Below the pieces are notes generated by a model. The model searched no databases. It was not told where the DNA came from and saw only the letters and a program-made list of their open reading frames with translations. A stretch of 19,110 nucleotides of DNA. It comes from Octopus sinensis. Lineage: Eukaryota. The position numbers and the translations under genes were made by a program. Shown piece after piece: positions 10,623 through 19,110 of the stretch (positions are counted from its first letter, which is position 1; every line of letters begins with the position of its first letter). The stretch is from the NCBI RefSeq assembly GCF_006345805.1, contig NW_021824336.1, positions 1 to 19,110 on the forward strand. The letters run 5' to 3'.

Positions 10623-10762
10623 AAGCAGGAGTGGTGTTTCCTATTCAACTGGCCTTCTTATTAGTAGCGGCTTTACTTATGATGAGTTCAAATCTGTTTT
10701 TAAGTATAGCGCAGAGAATGGGGTCCCTCACATGTTTTTCTTTTATATATATATTAGCCATG

Positions 10763-11188
10763 TTAGCTTGGCGATAACTATTAATATCCGGTACCGCTGC
10801 CGTTGTCTTCTTTAGAAAGACTTAGAAATATTAATACTTCTATTTTTGAAAACCAGTGGATGTATTCCACTGAATTTAGGTAAATAATCCTTCGAACAGG
10901 CTGTCAATAGCGACGCCTGCGTGGTTCGGCTGCTCTACATTGATAAGGGGCAAATACCCTGAAACTAGTCTGTAGATGCCAGACCAGCAAGGAGAAGCGG
11001 CTGACCTCTCCTGTTCGAAAGTTATAATGGACACAGGTTCGTGTGTCGGATAGCTAGCTAGAGGCGACGGCCTCTTTGAGCTAATCAACAGCAGCCTTCG
11101 TCCTATTTTAGCTTGGCGATAAATATTAATATTCAGTACCGCTGCCGTAGTCTCCTTTAGAGATACTTAGAAATATTAATATTTCTAT
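10763..11188. repeat. pair of 81-bp direct repeats (10763-10843, 11108-11188) enclosing a hairpin-rich spacer
   Basis: Manual alignment gives 8 mismatches in 81 bp with no gaps, offset 345 bp. Confidence 0.9.
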
Positions 11189-12453
11189 ATATTTAGAATA
11201 TGACTATTGTTATAATCAGAAAAGTAGAGATAATACCTATGAGATTGATGCGTTTAATGTTTGGCTTTAAACAGCTATAGATAAATGTTTAACAGAAACA
11301 TTTTGGGAACCGGCCTTTTAGAGGATAGCGATGTCGGGAAGGAAAGACCAAGTTAAGTATTCTGGCGTGAGAGGCGATACATGAAGAGAATGACGGGATA
11401 ATATGAGGGTATTTGCTTGTGTTGGCTGAGAAATCTATTAAGCAACAGTCGTTATAGAAGAGGTGAGAGATCTCTTCGAAACAGTGTAAAATGTTGGGTA
11501 GAAATCCACGAATAAAATACGTTACTGGAAACAGCATGGTACTCAGCATTTTTTTATGTATAAAATTGTGCTACGATGATTTGAGTCTATAGGCTGGCAT
11601 TATTTTATAATTTAAATATTGACATATATGTCAAATATTTCAGCGGATCAATAACAACCTGAGGTCGAATTTAAGTATCGGACAACAGTTTGATTTTATT
11701 AATTTAGAAAGCAATTGACTATTGGAAATTCTTGAGTGAGAAAAAAGAATTAATATTTAAACGTAAAGTTCGAAGGATGATGATTATGTGAATAACAAGA
11801 CGAAAGAGTTCATAGAACAAAGAAAGAGTGTAAAATATGAAAAGAATTATCATCAATAATACATCAAGTAGTCGCGATGACACTGAACATTTTTGAGATT
11901 GTACAAAGTGATTGAGAGAGATCAAACGTTGTCTCTCAGAAGATTTGAATTTAGCACTGAAATTTGACGAAACACTTTCCTGTTGACAATATGGTTACTG
12001 ATACGGTGAGGATTCAGTGATATTTAGACCGATATGAGCTCTACGTGTTTAACAGGAAAACAATGAATATAACAGTAAATGGCGGGTGTACGTTTTTCAG
12101 ATGTTTGTCCTATTGGCTACTGGACCTTCATCGATTTGGTTAACTTCAACATTTGTGCAGACATTATTTCTACGAATTTCGCATATTGTTATAGTAAACA
12201 TTTTTTTTCTGTTAATATGAATTGAGTATGTCCAATATAAAGTGAATTAGGAGTTTATGGAAAACGAGAAATTGATTGATTATAAACGCTTCATTTTCAG
12301 TTGGCAAACACCGCAGATTTGAAGTAAGCTCTTGACGAGTCGAATCTCTTTGTGTTGCTGCTTATAAACATTTCATTATTCTTACGCACTTACATACTCT
12401 TCTGAGACCTGAACTTTGCATCTTCTTAGTTCTCATCCCGAATTACTCCTACA

Positions 12454-12571
12454 AAGGCGGTCGATAGACAGAATCGTTCAAACATCGGTCAAACAATTGG
12501 CGTTAATCGATCAGGTCCTCTGCATTCTAGGTTCAACTCCCAGTGAGGTGAACTTTGCCTTTCATCCTTCC
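12454..12571 (+). mobile_element. SINE family A, diverged 5' half
   Basis: AAGGCGGTCGATAGACAGAATCGTT...CATTCTAGGTTCAACTCCCAGTGAGGTGAACTTTGCCTTTCATCCTTCC matches the head, B box and centre of family A. Confidence 0.7.
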
Positions 12572-12635
12572 ATATGCTGGTTTCGATTCTATAAGTTTTC
12601 CATTTTCTCTCTTTTTTCGTCTCTTTATCGTTTAC

Positions 12636-12653
12636 TCTCTCTCTCTCTTTCTT

Positions 12654-12686
<33 letters not shown>

Positions 12687-12720
12687 TACATACACATACA
12701 TACACACACGCGCGCACGCA
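12636..12720 (+). repeat. (CT)n followed by (CA)n/(CG)n
   Basis: Simple repeats seen directly. Confidence 0.9.
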
Positions 12721-13014
12721 TGTTTTCTTCTTTTCTTCTTATCTCACACTCTCAGAAATGGCTTCATCTGTGAGAAAGTCATAGGAAACAACTCGCAATG
12801 TTCTTTGTCGAAAAAGAATTGAAGACGGTTCTGTGAGAGACGCTTAAGCATCTCTGATTTAGTATACTACAAAAAAGCCTCTTAAAAAGAATCAGCTATG
12901 GTCAGTGTGACGGAGGCATACCTCTTAGCACCTTTCCGTCTGAATAGCAGACTAGCAAAAAGAATTGACTCCGAAAGAAAGGCCTTTAGTTTTGCACTTA
13001 GCATTCCTAGTTCA

Positions 13015-13277
13015 GCCTACCCCGACTTTTCGTCCGATGTCACTTTGTCCAACGTCACTTCGTCCACGTCTTTTCTTCCGACGTCTTTTTGTCAGATGAT
13101 TTTTCTGTCCAACGACTTCTTGTCCAAGGTGAACATCAAAACCAAATAATCATTGAGAATTTTATTAATTGGATTTGTCGTTGGACAAAAAAAATCATCG
13201 GTCAAAAAGACGCCGGACCAAAAGACGTGGACGAAAAGACGTTTGGTGAAGTGATGTCGAGCGAAAAGACATAGCGC
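13015..13277. mobile_element. foldback-type MITE with ~100-bp internally repetitive TIRs and 9-bp (or 8-bp) TSD
   Basis: Arm 13015-13116 is the imperfect reverse complement of 13177-13277. The arms are built from ~15-bp ACGTCTTTTCGTCC-like subrepeats. CCTAGTTCA flanks both ends (13006-13014, 13278-13286). Confidence 0.88.
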
Positions 13278-13412
13278 CCTAGTTCAAATTCTCTGACGTT
13301 GACTGTCTTTCAGTAATTCACTATTTGATAAAGGAGGAACGTACAGAATAAATTGAGGATGTCTATTCTCAGTCAGTTTGTGAGTTTGTACCAATTCTAC
13401 GAAGTCATTATA

Positions 13413-13587
13413 TAGGTGTGACAGTGCGGTAAGAAGTTGACTTTCCAACCATATGCTTCCCTGGCTCAACGGGCAAATGTCTTCTACAATAGCCTCGGGC
13501 CAAGCAAGGCTTTGTGAATGGATTTGTTAGCCGCAGACTATATATATGTGTGTGTGCATGTGTGTACGCGTGCGTGTGTGTATGTAT

Positions 13588-13626
<39 letters not shown>

Positions 13627-13847
13627 CATATGTGTGTGCATATACGTGTCGGCTGTGTCTGTTTATGCCTAACCATAGCCTGACAACCGGCATCGATACT
13701 TTTATGTCCTCGTATCTAGCGGTTAGACCACTCGATAGAACAAGTACCAGTCTTTAAAAAAATTCAGGATCCATTCGTTCGACTAAAATTATACAACGCA
13801 GTGCCTCAGCATGGCCGCAGCCTAATGAGGAAAAACAAGTAAAAGAT
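13413..13847 (+). mobile_element. SINE family B, near full length with expanded internal microsatellite
   Basis: GTGCGGTAAGAAG...TTCCAACCATATG...GGGCAAATGTCTTCTACAATAGCCTCGGGCC, then a TA/TG/CA block, then CCTGACAACCGG...GATAGAACAAGTACCAG...CAGCATGGCCGCAG...AAGTAAAAGAT. Confidence 0.85.
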
Positions 13848-14765
13848 GACATATAAATATTACGTTTCATATATTTCTGGGCAAAGGGCAATGAATTTAC
13901 AGACCTGTTGAAATATCAAACGCTATATTTCCGGTTTGTGATAGAAGTGTTTCTTATTCCAAGTTCAAAGTCAGTAAAGTTTATTTTGCTATGCATCTTC
14001 CTTGGTATAGGATACATATAATACTATTCAAGGAGGATACATATCTACCACTTAAAATCTATGAGATCGTGCCTATATTAGAAAACAATATATTTCTGTG
14101 CAACAAAGGAAATTTCTTTTGAATATGGCGTATATATTCAAATTCATAGTTTAAAAATAACAAATAAACATGAAATAGCATTAAACGTCAGACTTTCTTG
14201 CAGAAATACTTGTGATACAAATATGTTAAATGTTCAAACAAATTCTTTGAATTAAGAACATTGGTCAATATTATAAGAAAAAGGAATAATCTATATAACT
14301 TTCTACTTGAAATTCTAATAGTTAAAAATAAATTGATATTTCTTATTGAATGTATAAGTATAGTTGTACATAGATATAAACATATAATCACATGATTACA
14401 TGTATATATATAATATATGTATGTACTGCTATGGATAAAGGAAATAAAATATTGAATAACATATCATCTTCTTCTTTCGAAAACTTTCACGTTATATAAA
14501 TTCAACATTTTCCAGTAAATTTTACAATGAATAACTAATTTTTTCACCATTTTTATCTGTTGAAATTAAATTCAATAATTTGTGCCTCTTTACATATTTC
14601 TTTCTTTTTTTTTTTACTCCATTCTAGTTTTTGTTTTTGTTTTTTGTTTTGTTACAGTTTCTCTGCAATTTCTCTTTTTTTTTTCATTCTCACTTTATGT
14701 TTCTTACTACTTTCTTTGGTTTTGCAATTGAATTGTTTTTTTGTTTTTGTTTTTTTTTATTTTAC

Positions 14766-14819
14766 CTCATTTTCTCCGATTTCGTTTCTTTTAATCAATG
14801 TTTCCGGTACAACAGCCAT
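14766..14819 (-). CDS. candidate first coding exon of an unidentified minus-strand gene (MAVVPETLIKRNEIGENE)
   Basis: ATG in ACAAAATGG context with an in-frame stop upstream, 18 codons, then a GAG|GTAAAA donor (phase 0). GA-rich putative 5' UTR and promoter-like motifs lie upstream. No homology recognised. Confidence 0.35.
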
Positions 14820-14923
14820 TTTGTTCACTTCAAACTTCTGTTTCAACGGTTTTTCATTTCAAACTGTGACATTTTCAAGTTCATATTACGTTCAATTTAG
14901 CAGTGTTTCAATTCTCCTAGAGT

Positions 14924-14925
14924 CT

Positions 14926-14996
<71 letters not shown>

Positions 14997-15000
14997 GTCT
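14924..15000 (+). repeat. (CT)n microsatellite within a longer pyrimidine-rich tract to ~15170
   Basis: Long CT run, which reads (GA)n on the minus strand. Confidence 0.95.
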
Positions 15001-15454
15001 ATCTCTATCTCCATTTATCTCCTACTCTCCAGCCCACTCTTTCACCTTCTCGCCCTCCTCTTTCCCTCCTTTCAATCTATCTCTCGATCCTTCTTTTTCT
15101 CTCCATTTCTACCCTTCTCTCCCCTTCCCCCCTCTCTCTCCCTTTCTCGTTTACGCTTTTCTATTTTTATCATTTACTTTTCAGTTGTACACACACAAAC
15201 TTTCACACGCATGCATAGTTATGTAGAGAGAGTGAGAGAAGAGAGAGCGAAATAGATAGACAGACAGACAGAGACCGAAAGAGAGAGAACGCCAGAGATA
15301 GAAGTTGTGTATGTATATGTGTGCATTCGCATTCGTATTCGTTCACATGAGAAACTGCGTTGCATATTGTATGAGTGTATTAGTATCTTTTTCTTAGTTT
15401 ATATAAACACGCATGTATGCCTTTGTATGCTTCATCTATTTTCCTATTCCTGCA

Positions 15455-15503
15455 GCGGAAGTTGCATGTTAACGTGAGCGAAAGAGGATAGCGGGGGCGG
15501 AGT
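15455..15503. promoter_or_regulatory. ETS-like site and GC box, possible promoter
   Basis: GCGGAAGT (15455-62) and GGGGCGGAGT (15494-15503) within 50 bp in an otherwise AT-rich region. These are short motifs with no functional data. Confidence 0.3.
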
Positions 15504-15938
15504 GGGAACTGCCAGTGTGTATACGCGTTAATGTTTGAATGTGTGAAAAGAAGAAACGTGTATATATGTGAGTAAGAATGTACAAGAAAGGGAGAAGCAG
15601 AAAATGTAATGAAATTTTACTAGGTTTCTGTGTATCGCGCTGTTTGTGCATTTTTAGGTTTGATGGAGAGGGTTGAATGAAAATACACCAAAATCGATAT
15701 GTTATAGATTTTTTTTTCTCTGTTTGTCAGGGGTTAAATATCATTGTATAGGCGTGGTACAATGTGATGAGGTATAAACGGTTACAGTAATAAGATAAGA
15801 TATAGCAAAACATGAAACATATTAAACTAAGTAGCATAAAAAATTGATTTGTTAAACTTGTGTTAAACTTTGGTGGAGAGAAAAAGAATATAACAATTGT
15901 AAAGGTTAATTGATAAAATAAAGATACACATACATATC

Positions 15939-16510
15939 AAGCTTACTTCCCAACCATATGGTTCCGGCTACAGTACCTCTGAGTGGTACCTTGGGCAAGT
16001 GCCTTCTACTATAGCCTCAGTCGGACGAAAGCCGTGTCAGTGGATATGGTAGACGGAAAGTGAAAGCAACCCGTTGTATATGTATGTATATAACTATTTC
16101 TTTACTACCCTCAAGAGGCTAAACACAGAGAGGACAAACAAGGACGGACAAACGGATTAAGTCGATTATATCGACCCCAGTGCGTAACTGGTACTTATTT
16201 AATCGACCCCGAAAGGATGAAAGGCAAAGTCGACAACGGCGGAATTTGAACTCAGAACGTAGATGTATGTATATACCTATGTGTGTATATCTCTGCGTCT
16301 GTATTTGTTCCCCACTCCCTACCGCCTGTCAAATGGCGTTGGTGTGTTTGCGCCTCCATGACTTAGCGGTTTGGCAAAAGAGAGTGATAGAATAAGTACT
16401 AGGCTTTAAAAATGATAAGTCCTATGATCGATTTGTTCAACTAAATCCCTTCAGGACGATGTCCAAGCCTGACCGCAGCCGAATAGCTAAAACAGACAAA
16501 ATATAAAAGA
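15939..16510 (+). mobile_element. SINE family B (CORE-type), interrupted by a nested family A copy
   Basis: GCTTACTTCCCAACCATATGGTTCCGG...CORE-like CCTTGGGCAAGTG (15989-16001)...GGTAGACGGAAAG, then the insertion, then GGTGTGTTT...GATAGAATAAGTACTAGG...CCGCAGCC. Confidence 0.87.
16093..16262 (-). mobile_element. SINE family A, 5'-truncated, nested antisense in family B
   Basis: Reverse complement reads CTACGTTCTGAGTTCAAATTCCGCCG...GCCTTTCATCCTTTCGGGGTCGATTAAATAAGTACCAGTTACGCACTGGGGTCGAT...GTAGTAAAGAAATA. Flanked by ATGTATGTATATA at 16080-92 and 16263-75. Confidence 0.92.
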
Positions 16511-16605
16511 AACACCGTTGAAATGATTTCTACATGTTAGCCGTACAAAGTAGAAATAGCAACCAAGTTCTCCTCACAGCACCCTATACCATTTTGAGAA
16601 AGCAA

Positions 16606-16897
16606 GGCACTCCGTCAATACGTGGACGAGGGTTCCAGTGGACCCAACGGAGTAGCCTGCTCCTAAAATTAGCGCGTGCAAGTAGCTAAGCACTCCACAG
16701 ACACGCGTATCAATGACGTAGTTCTCTGGGAAATTTTGTGTGAAACGGAATTCGACAAGGCTGGTCCCTTTGAATTACAAGTACAATTCATTTTTACCAG
16801 GTAAGTGAACTGGAGCAAGGTGAAATAGAGTGTCTTGCTCCAGGACACGACGATAGTAAGATCGTGGGCCTGTTTCATTAACGACTAAGCCAAGCCA
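16606..16897 (-). mobile_element. tRNA-derived CORE-type SINE, family C
   Basis: Minus strand: GGCTTGGCTTAGTCGTTA head, GTGTCCTGGAGCAAGACACTCTATTTCACCTTGCTCCAGTTCACT centre, 3' ...ACTGGAACCCTCGTCCACGTATTGACGGAGTGCC tail. Confidence 0.8.
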
Positions 16898-17134
16898 CAC
16901 ATCTTCACAGAAAACAAGGAGACACGGTATATAGGAAGCCTTGAATACAGTATGTCTCAAAATCTGATTGGATTGTCATGAATGGAGCACTTTCATAATA
17001 GATTTATCTGATTCAAAGCTTAGCTGATGAAAGAGTACACGTGCGCGTATACACTCACACACTGACACACACACATGCAGGCATACGCACAAACAAATAT
17101 TCAGACATGTACATACTTGAGTGTAATACACACG

Positions 17135-17156
17135 TGCGCGCACACACACACGCACG

Positions 17157-17247
<91 letters not shown>

Positions 17248-17250
17248 GCA
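17135..17250 (+). repeat. (CA)n microsatellite with CG-containing leader
   Basis: Long CA run preceded by GTGCGCGCACACACACACGCACGCACG. Confidence 0.97.
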
Positions 17251-18131
17251 CAAGCACGCAGGCAAATATATCCCGGCAGATATATACATGGTTCCGATCT
17301 TGTGATCAGAGTAATTCACAACTAAGAAAGAAGTGAATATTAAAAGCGAAGTCTTTTATAATAAAGTTTAATTATATTCATACAGCATGGACACGGTGTT
17401 TCAACAAAGTGTGTATTCGTAAAGCTTCATCAGGAGGGAAAATAACAATGAAGATTCGTGAATACACAATTTCCCTGAACTGTGACCAAATTGCAAGAAC
17501 GTGAATTCATAGTCTTGCAACACATATACATACTCAAATACACACATATATGCATATTTTTACATGCATACAACATACATTTATTCATGCGTCCATGCGT
17601 AAGTACATACATACATACAGACATACATACACGGAATTTATTTCAATAATCTGTTTTATAAACATAAGCTAAGTATAATTTTGAAGGATAGCCATATTAT
17701 CAGTAACCAGGTAGAAAGATCAGATCCAGCTCCATTCCATTTATGTCATTTTCTTCTATATTCATTTACTTTCACCTGTCTACCTGTTAGGTGTTGTAAT
17801 ACTAACTGACGAAAATGTTAGGGTCTTGCTTTTTCAGTTATGGTGAAAGTTCGGTAAAAACCAGTGTATCCAAAATATTGAATACTAATTTGAGACAACG
17901 GAACCGAAAGAACATTTGACTCTATAAGCACCAAACCTGTACGCTATGCTTTAGCTGATACTCGCCTAGTAGCTATTCATGACAATCGTGTTTTTATACA
18001 AGAAAGCGAAATGTATTTTCTGACAACGCTTTTCTTTCACACCTTATATCTTTGTGTGTATAGGATGTGTGTCTGAGTGTGTAGCTGTGTCTATGTTCGT
18101 AGGCATTTATGAGCGTACCTGAAGGCGAATA

Positions 18132-18406
18132 GGCGCATTGCCTAGTGATTAGAGTGTGGTGCTCACAATCATGAGGTAGTGAGTTCTTGAGCAAGACCCT
18201 TTATTTCACCTTGCACCAGTTCACTGGTGCCGACCTGTACTGGCCTTTACCTTTCTCTCGGATAACATCGGTGGAGTGGACAAGAAAAGTTTGTTAGCAT
18301 GGGCGACTTCTGGTCTTCCATAAACAATATTGCCTAGACTTGTGTGCCTTGTAGAGGAACTTTCTAGATACAATCCCATGGTCATTCATGATCGAAGGGG
18401 TTCTTT
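18132..18406 (+). mobile_element. tRNA-derived SINE, family D (family C head with a different 3' body)
   Basis: GGCGCATTGCCTAGTGATTAGAGTG head, GAGCAAGACCCTTTATTTCACCTTGCACCAGTTCACT shared with family C, then an unrelated body ending CAATCCCATGGTCATTCATGATCGAAGGGG. Confidence 0.75.
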
Positions 18407-19110
18407 TTTATGTCTTTTTTCTCTTTTATGTCTGTGATTCCACATGAACTAAGAACATACAAATCTTTAAAAGTAAGGTAACGGAAGCAACATTTGATCA
18501 CAGGACGCACTCAGTTTACATTTGATTACAGGACACACTTTTTTATGTATATGTAATGTATGTGTAATAACTAAAGTAAATATTTTTCCATTCACTCCTT
18601 AAAATTGTCATGCATATTAGTAAGCATGTGAACTAACATATATATATATATGATATATAGTCAATTTATTTATCACCGTAGTAAAGAAAATACATTTTCT
18701 TGGGTATAAATCAGAGTATAATACATTTATAATCAAAACTTTGTGCATAGCCGCATGAGAGGAAAGTTTAATTAAGTTGCACCCAACAAGTATCATTCAT
18801 GCCACTCATTCTATCATAGTAGTTTGAAGTCACTTCAACTTGGCACTCAACTAATGCATCCAAATGCCAAAGATCTAAAAGGATGGTAACACCTCGAAGA
18901 AATTGATCTCATGGAAACATAGAAAGTGGCAAAATTCACATTATATCGGTTCTTCGTTGCTAACTGGACTCTCATTGCTGACTGCTTTCATGCTATTCAG
19001 TCAGTCTGTCTCTGGTTGAAATCATTCTACCTTCCTCTAAGAAATTTACATGATAATGAGAAAATGTGCTTACTCCTTTCTCTCTTTCTCTCTCTCTCTC
19101 TCTCTGTCTC

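Noticed and set aside
9997-10623. Gly-, Thr-, Pro-, His- and Leu-rich ORFs on both strands
   Set aside because: All overlap a period-3 low-complexity tract open in several frames. No splice signals or unique domain.
11289-11549. 86-aa minus ORF as a possible LINE RT C-terminal remnant
   Set aside because: Only a vague resemblance (SHLFY), with no motif I can support.
14560-15255. 231-aa plus ORF, the longest in the track
   Set aside because: It spans T-rich and (CT)n tracts giving F/L/S bias, which is compositional rather than coding.
18824-18838. TTGAAGT-C-ACTTCAA palindrome
   Set aside because: A 7-bp arm palindrome is expected by chance at this length and composition.
1-19110. CRISPR array, rRNA, intact tRNA, telomeric array or prokaryotic operon
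   Set aside because: No regularly spaced repeats with unique spacers and no TTAGGG array. The tRNA-like segments are SINE heads lacking a full cloverleaf, and the sequence is clearly eukaryotic.

Overview
AT-rich, repeat-dense eukaryotic DNA, most likely from an octopus or related coleoid cephalopod. This is inferred from the tRNA-derived SINE families and the very high density of (TA)n, (GATA)n, (ATT)n, (CA)n and (CT)n microsatellites. Most ORFs in the supplied track are microsatellite translations ([12 protein letters not shown], poly-L/T/G), and none of the remainder is recognisable, so I find no recognisable full gene. The window looks intronic or intergenic. It may include the 5' end of a minus-strand gene: a candidate first coding exon at 14766-14819 with promoter-like motifs near 15455-15503. 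Supported features are about ten SINE copies from four modular families (one a tandem trimer, one nested in another), a 263-bp foldback MITE with an intact 8-9 bp target-site duplication, and a probable Penelope-like fragment carrying a minimal type I hammerhead ribozyme motif (8103-8140). The least explained element is a hairpin-rich 264-bp segment between two 81-bp direct repeats (10763-11188). No database searches or folding programs were run, so all family names are pattern recognition.
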